Shown here in pieces: positions 1 through 13,281 of a stretch of DNA of 64,000 nucleotides. The notes under the pieces are model-generated. The model searched no databases, had not been told where the DNA came from, and saw only the letters and a list, made by a program, of their open reading frames with translations. The stretch is from the NCBI GenBank assembly GCA_028534125.1, contig CM052816.1, forward strand, positions 6,884,001-6,948,000, in the 5' to 3' direction. Position 1 is the stretch's first letter. Every line of letters starts with the position of its first letter. Source of the DNA: Lama glama (lineage: Eukaryota). Both the position numbers and the translations under genes were made by a program.

Positions 1-464
1 CGAACACCTGTTACACATCAAATTCACCAGATACCTGTTGAGCATCTATTCCACTATGCACACACAGAGTGGCACTGGGATCCAGGCTAGAGTCATTTAG
101 CACGTGGGACTTCACCACACAGCAATTCCTTTAAGACTCAAGCTCATAGAATGCATCTTGAAAAGCAAGAATCATGATTTCTACATGCTCAGCTGGGTTA
201 CCCTGAGAATACAGATTCACAAAACCAAGTCATGAAACTACATTATGTAAGTATCTCCCAGAGAAGAGGAGAAACACTGATTTTAATGCTTCATTCAAAC
301 AGACAACAGAAAGCACTGGACTGGTAGTCTAGAATTCTGCGTTCTCATCTTGGATCAGTTTTTATAGCCAACTGATTTTTAGCAAGTCTCTTCTCTTCTC
401 TGGGCTTCAGGCTTCTCATAAAAGATGCAAAATAGGAAGCTGGACCAAGATTGGGATAGTATCA

Positions 465-1050
465 TGTACTGAGATGAATAGTGCCGCTACAAATTCATGT
501 TCACTTAGCATCTGTGAATGTGACCTTATTTGGAAATGGTGGTCTTTGCAGATGTAATTGAATTAAGATGAGGTCAAGATGGGGGTGGGCCGTAACCCCT
601 AACCCAGTGACTGGTATACTTATGAAAAGAGGCAGGCACACAGGGAAGAAGTCCATGTAGAGAAAGAGACGTCTTCTGGTCCACAGTTTTTTTTTAATTT
701 TTATTTTTTGTTGGGGGAGGTAGTTAGGTTTACCTATTTATTTTTAGAGGAGGTATTGGGGATTAAACCCAGGACCTTGTCTATGCTAAGCATGCACTCT
801 ACCACTTGAGCTATACCCTCCCCGCTGAGAGAGGCTTCTTCTGGATTGGAAGATTCATCTGCAAACCAAGGAACACCAAGGAAGGCCATAAACCCACAGA
901 GGCTAAAAGAGGCAAGGAAGGATTCTCCCCTAGAGCCAACAGTGAAAACATGGCCCTGCTGATTGATTTTGAACTTCAGTCTCCAGAACTGTGAAAAGGA
1001 AAATCCTGTTGTACCACCTGGTTTGTGGTACTCTGATACAGCGGCCTTAT
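465..1050 (+). mobile_element. MaLR solo LTR (MLT1-like), interrupted by a SINE
   Basis: Typical MLT1 motifs: 'tgtgaatgtgaccttatttggaaatgg..tctttgcagatgtaatt..ttaagatgaggtca', 'gaggcaaggaaggattctcccctagagcc' and 'gaacttcagtctccagaactgtga'. Confidence 0.8.
688..823 (-). mobile_element. tRNA-derived SINE (camelid vic-1-like)
   Basis: Reverse complement reads GGGGAGGGTATAGCTCAAGTGGTAGAG (A box)...GGTTTAATCCCC (B-box-like), then a short body and an A-rich tail. Confidence 0.85.
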
Positions 1051-1528
1051 GAAATCTCCTCAAATTGCACGCTAATTCCAATTTATTGGCATTATCCACT
1101 GGGAGGGTGTCGAGGAGGATTCTGAGGCTGCGTAGGATACAGGGATTAAGTCATGACATCCTTCCTACAGAGAGAAGGGAGTAGTGGCCTTGGTTATGCC
1201 ATCCCTTAGCTAATCATTATGATACCTTTCTGCTCAGATAATGTATGATTCTGTAATTCTAAATCCATATTCCCATGCGGCAGTAGAAGCATTATGAATG
1301 GCAGGAATGTGGGGAAAGAACCGTGTCTTCCCCCAAACCACTGCCTCTGAATCCTTCCAGAGAGCACCACCACCCCCCAGCTCTGGAGACAGCCTGTGAG
1401 TCCATCAACCTCTTAGCTTTGCCTTCACTGGATCTGATCTGAGATCAAATTGTCAAAGACCTGAACTGGTTTCCCAGATTGTAACCAGAAGTGAACTTGA
1501 TTTATAGAAGTTTCAGCGTCATGGTTGT

Positions 1529-1552
1529 AAAAAAAAAAAAAAAAAAAAAAAA
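1529..1552 (+). repeat. poly(A) run, 24 nt
   Basis: Read directly from sequence. Confidence 0.95.
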
Positions 1553-2565
1553 CCCTGAGTAGAGCGGAAGCCATAGAAGGGCTGATGGTTCCCTGAGAAG
1601 GGTTCAGAGAAGCCAGTCTCCTGGAGCCTTTAAGGGGCCCAGATCAAACCCATGATGCTGTCTCAGGTATACACACCTTTTCTGTCTCTACTCTGCCCAA
1701 TTGTTCCTGACATCCTGGTTAGAACATGGCTAGACAGCACCTGGGATCCAGAAAGAAGGGTCTCAGTGATGGTGCTTTGCAGGCAAGGCTGGAGTCAAGC
1801 GCCTCCTTCAACCAGAACAACCCAATCTTTGGAACACAGTCTTCCTCAACATTGGCAGACCAGTCTGCTGAGTGCTCCATTAACCACACACCCAAGAAAC
1901 CTCTAAACTCCTTAGGAAATGAAGCTGCTGGGGCGTGAGGAGCTCGGGAGCACTGTCACGGGTCTTCCTGATACCCAGCTCTGGCCCAGTACACAGCACT
2001 TATGAGTGGGATCGAGGGAACAGCACACATACACCCACCCCCGCCCAGGTAAGCTCTCTCAGCTCCCAGGTCAGAACGGGGACTTTCTGGGGAACTTAGG
2101 TCCCTCTGTACTCCCAGCAATGACACTTCCTGACCAACCTACCAGACTGTCTCCAGACAAAGCCCTCCTTCCTGTTCCCCTTTGTCTGCCTTGACAAAAA
2201 CCGCTGCCAACAAATTTGCCTTGGCTTTAAGTCCTTCCCAATCTCAAATCCATCCTTGTGGCCACCTCCCTGGCCTGAGCAACAACCTCCTGAGCCCCAG
2301 GGTCAGTGTCCTCACTGCCTCCCAGCCTCCTCCTCTGTACCCACTCCACTCCAAGCTTCTGCAGCAGCCAGAGGGGTCTCAGCAAAACTTAATTCTGATT
2401 TGGTCACACTCCTAGTCAAAATCATTCAGTGCCTTTTGGATAAAGATCAAAATCCTGCTGTGAATGATGAGGATTCCTCCACTACACCATTCCACTGAAA
2501 AAACTTGAATAGTATAAAAATGAATGTCTTGAGAAATGAATAAAAAGCATATTAAAAATATAAGA

Positions 2566-2880
2566 TTCTATGTCTGTGGGTCTGTTTCTGTTTTGGGGTA
2601 GGGGTGGAAAGGAATAAGTTGGGAGTTTGACATTTGCAGATATTAACTAATATATATAAAATAGATAAACAACAAATTCATACAATATAGCATGGGGAAC
2701 TACATTCACTATCTTGTAGTAACCTATGGTGAAAAAGAATATGAAAACAAATATATGTATGTTCATGTATGATTGAAGTATTGTGCTGTACACCAGAAAT
2801 TGACACAACATTGTAAACTGACTATACTTAAGTAAAATATATATATACACACACACATATATATACACACAAAAAAAAAA
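2566..2880 (+). mobile_element. Young L1 3' end with a short 5' inversion
   Basis: L1 3'UTR motifs 'ttgggagtttgacatttgcagata' and 'ccagaaattgacacaacattgtaaactgactatact', followed by an A tail. 2566-2594 is the reverse complement of the adjacent L1 3'UTR segment. Confidence 0.9.
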
Positions 2881-3039
2881 CAAGAGTCAACAGACATAAA
2901 ATCAGGTTGCAATGAAAGCTCACTCCCCATTCTGTTCATGTCTTATCGTAGATGTGTAATGAACAGTGTGGGTAGAGTCCTGAGGAGGAGACCACTCTGT
3001 GAGTAGCTCTGTGCATCTAGGCACAGCCAGATCCTCTCT

Positions 3040-3585
3040 CCTGCCTCTTCCCTTGCTCCTGACACCTCCAGCCTCCTTCCACAGGAATCGCCCCCTCACT
3101 CCCTCTCCAGCCATCATACTTACCTTCCTCTGGTGCCTGCTATCTGCTCTCTGATGCCTCGTGGCTTTTTAACATGTTATTCCCTCAGTCTGAAACTCTC
3201 TCCCTTTTCCTTATGCCTCATCCATTTAGTTAGCTTCAACTCCTCTTTCAGGTTTTAGCTCATATTAATTTCTTCAGGCAAGCTTGCTCTGACCACCACC
3301 CCCCTAAACACACACACACACACACACTCCTACTCCTACCCCAGTCTGGGTACGTTTCCCCTATTACTTGCTCTCACAGATTCCATTCCTTCACATAATT
3401 AGCTCAGTCTCTATTCATTCATTAGAACAAGCATTTGCTTACCTTCTGTCTCTCCCTCTACTCCACAAGCACCAAGAGGAGGGACCACCTCCCTTGGATC
3501 CCCCATACTCCCAGCAGTTAGCACAGGGCCTGGGCTCCAGGGAACAGTCAATAACAGCTTGGAGAATGTAAATGTGAAATGACTA
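3040..3585 (+). mobile_element. L2 3' fragment
   Basis: Pyrimidine-rich L2 body ending in 'cccagcagttagcacagggcctgg...tcaataacagcttggagaatg'. Confidence 0.65.
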
Positions 3586-4349
3586 AGTGGCCTCTGATCC
3601 ATCAGGATCCTCCTTTCCCTCCACACAGCACAGTTCCTTCAACTTGAAGCCAGCCATGTTCAGGCCAAGGCCACATTTCTACGAACACGTCCCTTTGGTT
3701 CTACGTGTTGTTGGGTGCCCCCTCTGTGTCCCACTGGGTTCACGCTTCCAGGGCCTCCTCCCTGCCCATCAGTTATCGCTTCTGTCTGCTGCTCTCTCCA
3801 CACAGTTTGCATCCTCAAAACATTCACATGAATATTAATTCTGCATTCCCAGTAGCAAATCACTTAGATACATGTTTTGCCAAATGAGGTTTTGGCCACA
3901 TCTCACAATCACACATGACTTCTCAAACAGGCACTTGTAGAGGGCAAAACTGAACAAAGCGGGATGAATCCCTAATGGCTGCACTCCAGGCATTAAGAGC
4001 AGGCCAGTGGAGAGAGCTATTCAAGGTAGCTCCTTGGTTTGCCCTGAGTCCTAATACAGAGGCAAAAACCTGTACCTTAAGAGACACTGCTTCTGAGAGC
4101 TCATCTTGCTTCAGCTAAAACAGCCATCACTGTGGGGTGAAAAAAAAAACCAAACCAAGAGAACCATCCCCTGGACACAACTAGCGACTCAATGTGTGTC
4201 TTGGCTAAGTCACCTTCCCTTTTGGGCCTTGTTTTCCCATCCATAAGATGAGATTGATCCAACGGGTTCCAAACCTCCAACTGAGACGTTTCACAAATCT
4301 GCAGAATACTATGATTTTCACATACTAGATCTCAGCAGCAGCTCTAATC

Positions 4350-4605
4350 ATTTTATTGATTTATTCAACAGATATTTATCTACTCAGATATTTAGGGCTG
4401 GGGTTAGACAGATGAAGACAGACATGATGCCAGTCCTTCTGGCCTACAAGAGGAAGCAGATGCTTAGTAAATAATTAATTAATGATTGCAATTAAGGCTA
4501 TAAAGGAAGAGTGAGGGACTTCATGAGAGCCAAGAGCATGAGATTCCATTAGACACTGTAGGATATGGAACAGCTGTCAGAGGAGGTGACATTTGAGCTG
4601 AGAAA
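4350..4605 (-). mobile_element. L2 fragment
   Basis: 'ttattcaacagatattta...cagaggaggtgacatttgagctgaga' is typical of antisense L2. Confidence 0.65.
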
Positions 4606-5171
4606 CAGTTTCTACATGGATGTGAAGCCAAACAGTTACCAAATCATCTCATTTAGCTACATAATACCTGTAAGGTCGGAAGGGTAAGTATCCACAGACT
4701 CTATTTCTTGGCCTACAGGCCAACGTTGCCTCACACCCCAGACCTATCCCCTGCCACCCCACACCTCTCCTCGGTAGCAAAAGTCCCTTTCACTGCCTTT
4801 GTCACAGGTTCCATTTTAATGTTTGTGACTATGTCTCTCTGTCCTTCCAACAACTAAGCCCTGTGAGGGGAGGGACCAAGTCTGTTTTGCACATCAAAAG
4901 CACAGTGCCGGTATTAAGAGATTGGCTGAATGAGCAAATGAATCCCCATGTCACAGAGGAGGAATCTGAAGTCAAGAGATCAGGGAGTGTTTTTCCCAGT
5001 TCTTAAATTAGCATATATCAAAGATGGACCTCAAATCCAGGCCTAAGTTTGGGAAGGGAGGTGTATTCCAGGCATCTCAGTCTGCCCTCCCTCACTCAGA
5101 ATAGAGTCCTTTTATTTCTTGTATATTTTGAGACTCCAATGAAGAGTTCATTAAAAAGAAAGAGCTCTGCT

Positions 5172-5946
5172 CATCATTAAAAAGTCCACAAATGATAACT
5201 GCTGGAGAGGGTGTGGAGAAAAGGGAACACTTTTACACTGTCTGTGGGAATGTAGTTTGGTGCAGCCATTATGGAAAAGAGTATGGAGATTCCTCAAAAA
5301 ACTAAAAATAGTCTTAAGACTATTTTATGATCCAGTAATCCCACTCCTGGGCATATATCTGGAGGGGACTCTAATTCGAAAAGATTCATATACCCTAACG
5401 TTCATAGCAGCACTATATACAACAGCCAAGACATGGGCACAACCTAAATGTCCATCAACAGATGACTGGATAAAGAAGCTATGGTACATTTATACAATGG
5501 AATACTACTCAGCCATAAAAAGAATAAAATAATGCCATTTGCAGCAACATAGATGAAGCTGGAGGATCATCATACTAAGTGAAGTAAGCCAGAAAGAGAA
5601 AGAAAAATACCATATGATATCACTTGTATGTGGAATTTTTTTTAAAAAGGACACAAATGAACTTATTTACAAACAAGAGACACAGTCACAGACATAGAAA
5701 ACAAACTTAATGGTTACCAGGAGGAAAGGGGGATGTGGAGGGATAAATTGGGAGTTTGGGATTTGCAGATACTAACTACTATACATAAAATAGATAAACA
5801 AGCTCCTACTGTATAGCATGGGGAACTATATTCAATACCTTGTAATAACCTATAATGAAAAGAGTATGAAAAGGAACATACATATATATATAACTGAATC
5901 ACTATGCTATACACCAGAAACTAAAACACTGTAAATCACCTGTACT

Positions 5947-5992
<46 letters not shown>

Positions 5993-5993
5993 T
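5172..5993 (+). mobile_element. Young L1, 5'-truncated (end of ORF2 plus 3'UTR), with a (TAA)n tail
   Basis: ORF 5257-5532 ([14 protein letters not shown]...PKCPSTDDWIKKLWYIYTMEYYSAIK) matches the L1 ORF2 C-terminus. Degenerate TSD aaaaagaaagagctctgct (5153-5171) / aaaaagctagggctctgct (5994-6012). Confidence 0.95.
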
Positions 5994-6182
5994 AAAAAGC
6001 TAGGGCTCTGCTGTTCACTAAGAGCTGCCCTACCCCAAGTTGGTTCTCATGCAGAATCCATCACTCCCTATCCTGCGAATATCCAAGTCAAGCTATCCGG
6101 GAGCTGTCCCCACAATGGAAGACTCAGGCCCATCTGCTCTGCTTGGAGTTAGCTCTCATCAGTGAACGATCAGGAGGTCCCA

Positions 6183-6236
6183 GGACACGAGAGGTGGGCC
6201 TGAGCTGGACACGAGAGGTGGGCCTGAGCTGGGCAC
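6183..6236 (+). repeat. 24-bp tandem duplication (ggacacgagaggtgggcctgagct x2)
   Basis: Two exact copies at 6183-6206 and 6207-6230, followed by a partial third. Confidence 0.95.
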
Positions 6237-6869
6237 AGCAGAATAGTTTGCATGTTTTGCAAAATCAAGAAGCCAGTACTCCTGGCATCCCCATGGTGCT
6301 TCCAGGCCTGGGGAATGAGAACTATGAGGTCAACATGAGTTGCCTGGCAAAAACTCCATGCATCAGAGGAATTCTTTGAGTGGGGAATGGTGGCTGAGAA
6401 CCTGTCAGTCTTGGTGCTCAGCACAAGCAGAGAACCAGCCTTTCCTCAGCACCTTCTATGATCCCAGCCATGTGTCGGGAATGGGGGAAGTGGGGAGGTG
6501 CCAGGAAGCAAAAGGCTGCTGTCAGGCCTTGGAGAAACCCAGGCAGAGGCAGGTAACCCTGGAGGGGACTGAGACACAGGCAGTATCAGTTTCCAGAACC
6601 AAGTCTCTAGAGCAGGTGGGGGAATGGGTGCTGAGTCACAGCACTTTGGGGGCCGGGCTGCTCTCACACCCAAACCTGAGAGTGGGCTTAGTCCTGAGGA
6701 CAGGTGTAGAGCAAGATCAAAGGGGATCTTTCAGGGTTGAGGGCAAGGCTGTCTTAATTACTGACATGGTACTAATATCTGGCATAACACCTGGCTTATG
6801 TGTGTGGAACGACTGAAAGAAAAAAGAGGAGGAAGCAGGTACTGGCAACCAACCCAGGAGTTAACCATA

Positions 6870-7090
6870 ATAATAACCTTGGCCATTATTAACTGAAAAT
6901 TTAATAATTGCCAGCATTGTGCTAAGTACTTCACACCCAGAATAATCTTGAGAGGAATGTGTTGCAATCCTTATCTGTCAGTTGAACAAATACTACACAG
7001 AGCAAAGTAAATAATCTGTATAAAGATCAGGGTTCTGGGATTTGACTCCAGCTCTGTATGCCTGGAGTATCTGAGCTCTTAACTACCACA
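6870..7090 (-). mobile_element. MIR SINE
   Basis: Antisense MIR motifs 'gccagcattgtgctaagtacttcac' and 'gggatttgactccag'. Confidence 0.6.
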
Positions 7091-8509
7091 GTTTTCAGCC
7101 AATTCACCTAAAAGTTGCTCTAAAGGAATGGAGAAGTTCTGGTAGAAAGAGGGGGAAAAGGATATTTTTCCTAGGGGGAAGAAAAACAGAACCAGGTATA
7201 AAATGGAAATGAATATAGGGAATGATCTCAGATTAAACGCACCATTTCCCCTCGAAGAAGGGATTCTCCTCACTAAGTGAGGGTCCCTTCTGACATCTCT
7301 AGCACAACTCCCTTCTTGGTAGCACTTGTTATCATTTTGATTAGACAAGGGATGGTGAATGGAGTTATTTAAACATCTGTCTTTTCTTATGGAACATAGG
7401 TCTGTGAAGGAAGGTGCGATGACAACCTTACTACTGCTTCAGCCCACTGTGCGATACAGTGCCTAGCAGGTAGTAGAGACTAAGTGAGTATTTTTTTTAA
7501 TATATGAATTAGGGAATTGATAGGCAATGGGGAAGAAACATTCTAATGGTACATGATAGAAGGAATCGGAGCAAAGACAGAAGAACAATAGTAAGAAGTC
7601 CCTTAAGGAACAAGAAGAGCTTTATGTGGGTGTCACAGGTCACAGGCATCCACTGTAGGCTTCCACATACATAAGGCTTCTACATCTGCATAAGGAGGAC
7701 TAATCAGATTAAAGTAAGAAATAGATCAGCTAAGGGAGAACCTGATGCTCAAACCCAAATACTATCAACATTCAAATCAGGTCGGTGCTAAAGGTGACAA
7801 GGATCTTGTGAGCGTGGCAGTAAGAATGCAGTAAGAGGAGGAGAAAGAGAAGAATGCAGCAGAAGAGATAAAAATCAAAGAAACATATGGACGTAGGTTC
7901 TACCTAGAACAGTGCTCATCAAAAGTTAGTAAGCAATTAGACAAGTAAATCTGGGTCAGCAGAAAGAACAGGAGATCTGACTTTCCCCTGGCTCTATAAC
8001 TCTACTTCCTCCCTTTACAGAACAGTAATTCACTGAAACTTGGTTGACATCAAATAAGGGTAGAAAATAAATTCCGTTATCATTCTATTTGTTTCTAAGT
8101 TCTATACACGACCAGCCAGGAGTAAAAAGAATATGTTTCCTAAGGTTTTCAGAAGGCTCTGAGTCATTTCCCAATCAATCATCCACATCTCTAAACCTAC
8201 AGTTCTAGATCAATGACTTTGCAGCCTAACTGCTCGCAGGGCAAGACCTCTGCCCACCCTATGCCTTCTTCTCATGAACAGAATTCAAGAGGGAGCAGGA
8301 AGACCTCATGTCAGACTCTTAAGATGCTTGCTTTTTATACAGAAGACCTGGTTTCAAATACCAACTTTCACACTTAGCAGCAGTGAAGCACTGGGCATAT
8401 TAGCTGATGATATATAAACTGCGGCTTAGAAGTCCAAGAACCAGAACAATAGTTTTGAACTCATGGTTCAGAAACACATAACCTCCTTGAAGATTCTCAC
8501 TCACAGGAC

Positions 8510-8993
8510 AAATAGTCGTTGACTACCAGTGCCAGGCACCACCCTGGGGGCTGGAAAATGGTGATGAGCCAAACAGACAAAGACTCTAGTCTAGTCTGGG
8601 CAGACAAAGATGAAACAAAAGTCACGCAGTCAAATGTAAAACTTCAACTCTGCTAAAGGCTATGAAAGAGAGATTAAGGATAACAGGGAAGCCTGTAAAA
8701 GGGGATGTGAACTAGTTATAGGGGTTAGAAAAGTTCTCAACCTGAGAACCAAATTAGGAATAGCTATAGTACAGGTGAAAATAGGATAGAAAAATACTCC
8801 AGGAATACAACCATGAGCAAAGCATCCGTACTAGAAACAAAGTGGGAAGCATGACCAGGCCATCAATAAATCTGAGCAGAGAAAACACAAGGGATAATGT
8901 GATGGAAATGAACCCAAGAGACAGCTGGAGGCAGATCATGACAGACCTCAGAAGCCATGTCTTTGAAAATGTTTTACTCTAAAATCAACAGGA
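8510..8993 (-). mobile_element. L2 fragment running into the gap
   Basis: 'gtgccaggcaccaccctgggggctgg...aaacagacaaagactc' and 'gcagatcatgacagacctc' are antisense L2 motifs. Confidence 0.65.
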
Positions 8994-9493
8994 NNNNNNN
9001 NNNNNNNNNNNNNNNNNNNNNNNNNNNNNNNNNNNNNNNNNNNNNNNNNNNNNNNNNNNNNNNNNNNNNNNNNNNNNNNNNNNNNNNNNNNNNNNNNNNN
9101 NNNNNNNNNNNNNNNNNNNNNNNNNNNNNNNNNNNNNNNNNNNNNNNNNNNNNNNNNNNNNNNNNNNNNNNNNNNNNNNNNNNNNNNNNNNNNNNNNNNN
9201 NNNNNNNNNNNNNNNNNNNNNNNNNNNNNNNNNNNNNNNNNNNNNNNNNNNNNNNNNNNNNNNNNNNNNNNNNNNNNNNNNNNNNNNNNNNNNNNNNNNN
9301 NNNNNNNNNNNNNNNNNNNNNNNNNNNNNNNNNNNNNNNNNNNNNNNNNNNNNNNNNNNNNNNNNNNNNNNNNNNNNNNNNNNNNNNNNNNNNNNNNNNN
9401 NNNNNNNNNNNNNNNNNNNNNNNNNNNNNNNNNNNNNNNNNNNNNNNNNNNNNNNNNNNNNNNNNNNNNNNNNNNNNNNNNNNNNNNNNNNNN
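8994..9493. other. Assembly gap (500 N)
   Basis: Run of N. Confidence 1.
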
Positions 9494-9769
9494 GCAATGC
9501 TCAGTAACTATTTGATGGGTGAGTGAATGATCTGCCCTTTTCTGGCACTAAGTTCACTGTACACATCTACTGATGGTGCATCAATGATTTAAAACTTGAT
9601 TAATAAAAACGACAAAGTTAGCAAGGAGTAATATGATTTATATTCTTGTCCTGGCTTGATTGCATTTTACTGCCCCATGACCTCTCATTCTCAGTTTCCT
9701 CTTCTTAAAAACAAGTGTAATTGGAAGATTAGGACCATTCCAACTCCAAATGTCAATCATTCTACACCC
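9494..9769 (+). repeat. Direct repeat copy 1 (about 95% identical to 27981-28260)
   Basis: Manual alignment gives about 11 substitutions and one 3-bp indel. Confidence 0.95.
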
Positions 9770-10259
9770 CCATGAGACAGCTAAAAAGAGGCACAAGCTC
9801 TGCCAATGGACAGGCAGAAAAGATAAATCAACCCAATCTCGTAACTTTCCAAAGGCCAGCTTCCCTTCTTCAACTGAGGGGAAGATTATCTAGGCTGAAC
9901 AATACTTAGCAAGGTTGGGTTGGTTGATTGGTTTTTGGACTGTAAGTGCAGAGAATGAGATGAATTATAATTCCTGGTATTCATTAAAGGAGCAATCTAT
10001 TAAATGGAAGTAGAGGAGGGTATCAGAATCAATTATTAAATCCAGATCATGTACAAGTCACCAAGACTATATGAGAAGAAAAAGAGGTGTTCTGGCAGAA
10101 ACCACAGAATGTCTACATTTGGGGGATTCCAAAGAGAGGATAGAGTGGGAGTTGGACCAAGTGGAGTTAATCTGCCAACAAACGCACACTACCTATACTT
10201 GACTCTGAATTGCCACTTATCTTGAGTTACTCAGTATTCAAGCTCTCATCGAATGTTAC

Positions 10260-10545
10260 CTGGAATAATAATAATGGCAATAGCCACAACAACCACCCCA
10301 GCTCACATACATAGTGAGTGCTTAGAATCTCCCTGGCAGTGTGCTGAGTGCTTTTATGTGTTAGTTTCATTTCATCCTCTCAACAACTTAATGAGGTAGG
10401 CTTGAATGAATGTACTCACTTTAAATATAAAGAAACTGAGGCTCTGCAAAGTTTTGGAATTTGATCAAGCTCACACAATGCATAAATGTTAGAGCCTGGA
10501 TTTGCATGCAAGGCTATTTGAGTCTAGCATTCAATATTTTAATCA
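10260..10545 (-). mobile_element. MIR SINE
   Basis: 'cagtgtgctgagtgcttttatgtg..tttcatttcatcctctcaacaac..atgaggtagg..agaaactgaggctc'. Confidence 0.8.
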
Positions 10546-11519
10546 GGACACTTATTCAGGCTCCTCATCCAGCCCAGCAAGTTCTCATCCAGAAGCAGAT
10601 GCTCCATCCTTAGCCCCAAGTGCAGGATGCTCTCTAAGAAGACACTTTCACAGGTTCAGATGCAAATGAGCTCTGGGGACCCATGGAGTAAAGCATGGAT
10701 GGAATTTGTCACTGAACTTAGAGGACTGTCCATGATCTTATGTTCTTGGGCTCAAAGTGACTCACAGGTGACTTATGTCATCCACCCATCATCTTCCAAA
10801 GAACCCTCAGTTCTCAAAGGGACTTTTAAACTCAAAGATTAGAAAACCCAGTGAAATCTGGGCCAAAATTATTTCCTGTGGGAAACTACTAAGTAGCCTC
10901 TCTTTATAGGAAAAAAGAGAAAAGGCAGCTCGTGTGTGAAGCCAATTCACCAAGGGAAGCAATAAGAAACCCAACATACTATTCCCAAGAATAAAACCAC
11001 AAGGTCTAAATTTACAGTATTTCTCTGGATGCAGTGCTCCCAGCCTCAGTTTTATTATCTGAATAAAGACCAGTTTTGACTGAAAGATTTTTTAGTTGCC
11101 TTCCAGCTCTGACAGTCTATGATACTGTGGTAAAATGCTGTCTAAAGGAATCTGACGAGTATTTGGAAGATTTAAGAAATGCTGGCTTTGGAGAAGAGCT
11201 GAGAAAAATTCCCTCAGTGCCACTCACCAAGACCTTCTCCCACACTCCAAAAACCGCTCAGCTGCCCAGCTCTTGATTCCAAAGGTTCCTGTACTTGGCT
11301 TGATCACCACAGGCTCCCCCTATCTCTCCTGCAAGTCTGAAACCACAAGTAACAAGAAGAGCACTACTTCTGTCTTCTGAGGGTTGTAAGTCTTCCCAGT
11401 TCTGGCCATGTCCAGGGAAACCAAGGGGCCAGAGGTCTGGCTTTTGGGTGGATGGAGATATGAGGGTTTGGCAGGTGAGATGCTTACATGTATTTCTTGG
11501 GGGCTCTTACTGGTCTGTT

Positions 11520-12056
11520 GTTTTTGCCTCCCCAGTATACATGACATCTTCCAGCATTAGCAGTGCAGTTTTCCTTTGGGAATCATCCACTTTCTGTCTA
11601 TAGAGTTCATATCAGGGTGATCCCACCCACAAGCCAGACCTTGGCCCATCCACATACTCCACCCTCTGGCCACTGTGACTCTTTCAGGGATGAACACGTA
11701 ATCCAAGCCAGGTCAAAAAGAACACACGCCCAGACTGTGTTACAACTATTGGGAAACAGATGTGTCCTTCCCACTGGAGCTGCTAAGATATAAGCCTGGA
11801 GGTAGGGGCTGACATCTTTTCTACTCCTTCAGGAAAATTTGCCTGAGAAAAACACCAACACAAAAGAAGGCAGATTCTATACTCAGAGAAAATCAGATGA
11901 CTGATAACACTATGCAAATACCTAGATCTCACCAGCCCTAAACTTCTGCTCTACCCCCTTGTCTTTTCATTATGTTGCCCAATAATTTTCCTTTTAGTTT
12001 TGATGAGTTTCAACTCTATGTCTTTCATCTGTAACCCCCAAAAGCTGAGTAATACA
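11520..12056 (+). mobile_element. Old MaLR LTR (MLT1J/K-like)
   Basis: 'tcagggatgaacacgtaatccaagccaggtcaa', 'ctggagctgctaag', and a terminus '...tgtaacccccaaaagctgagtaataca'. Confidence 0.6.
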
Positions 12057-12399
12057 TATTTTAATCCAAAACCAAGTCTTTATGAATTTCTATTAGCTAG
12101 GTATTGCAGGTATAAGCAGAAGCAATATATGTCTGTCATTTTCCTTGAGTAACTCATGCTATTGGCATTTTGAGGTTTCTTCAGGTAGTGACATTTTATG
12201 ATGATTGGTGAAGGGAGAGACTCAATCCACTCCACAGATAAACCATGCTCGGTCTCTACTTCACTGCCCCCAGGGCTTATCTCACCTAGCCCTTCAGTCT
12301 CTGCCTAGGGTCTCACACCATGCCCCAGCCAATCCTCAGGCCCAGAGAAGATGAGAATCTTTCCTCAAACCATATAACTATAAATTGCCCATACCAGGT

Positions 12400-13150
12400 A
12401 TCAGGGAGACAGCCTTAATTCCTTTCCCTTGCCCCTACCCCTTAATTTATCTTGAAACATTCCATCTCTCCACTTTCATTGGACCATTTTAGGCCAGACC
12501 ACTGTCAATTCTCACCTAGACCACTGTGACAGCCTCACTTCTTTCAATTCTGCTTCCCCTTAGGAAGTTCAAAAAGTGAACTTCCTAAAATGCGATAATC
12601 ACTCCCTTAAACCTTCCTTGGTTTCCCAACTCTACCTAGAATAAAATCCAAATTCCCTTGTTTGCCCTAAAGACCCTAGATGATCTGACTTGCTTCCTCT
12701 CCACTCCCACAACCCACCACTCTCCCCACCACCACCTCTGTTCTTTAGACTCCATGTACCTTGATTTTCCTCCAGTTTTTCAAACATACCAAGCCATTTC
12801 CAACCTCAGAGCCTTTGAATGTGCTCTAACGCTCTTACTCCAGCCTTTACCTGGCTGGTTTCTTCTTTTTCTTTGAGACTCAAATATCATTTCCTCAAAA
12901 AAGCTGTGACCTTTACCACTGCCACCACAATGTTAGTCTTATTCCCACAACTCTGGCATTTTATTTCACTGTCCCTGTCACAGTTTCAAGTTACCTTGTT
13001 TATTTACTGACTTGTTTATAGCAGTCAACCCAACTGAAATATGCGCTCCATGAAAGCTAAGCTCTGATCTGTTTTACACATTCTCAGCATCTAGTAGGAT
13101 GCCAGGCTTACAGAAGATGTTCAGTAAGTATTTGTTGGATGAATGGATGG
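12400..13150 (+). mobile_element. L2 3' fragment
   Basis: 'cctagaataaaatccaaattcc', 'ccaacctcagagcctttgaatgtgct' and the tail 'tcagtaagtatttgttggatgaatggatgg'. Confidence 0.8.
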
Positions 13151-13281
13151 ATAGAAGTGGAGCTGCTGGAATTCTAACTCAGGTCTGTCCAGGTTTCAGA
13201 AGAATAAAGAGCACTTATGAGAAGATTCCCAAGCTTACAGTCAGCAATTCTTTTCTAGTTGTGCTGCATGAGAAATATTAC

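Noticed and set aside
750..823. tRNA-like sequence on the minus strand
   Set aside because: It is the head of a SINE with a body and A tail, not a tRNA gene.
2046..2054. Strong plus-strand donor CAG|gtaagc
   Set aside because: No convincing upstream acceptor or coding frame; isolated motifs are expected by chance.
5257..5532. ORFs with protein-like sequence (5257-5532, 25815-26084)
   Set aside because: They are L1 ORF2 C-terminal remnants, not host genes.
6183..6236. 24-bp direct repeats as a CRISPR-like array
   Set aside because: Two adjacent copies with no spacers in mammalian DNA; a simple tandem duplication.
6340..6816. Longest gap-free ORF (158 aa)
   Set aside because: Non-ATG start, no recognisable domain, no clear splice boundaries; consistent with chance.
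8957..9526. Long ORFs of 170-258 aa at 8957-9526, 28143-28920 and 47941-48717
   Set aside because: Artifacts of translating through N gaps.
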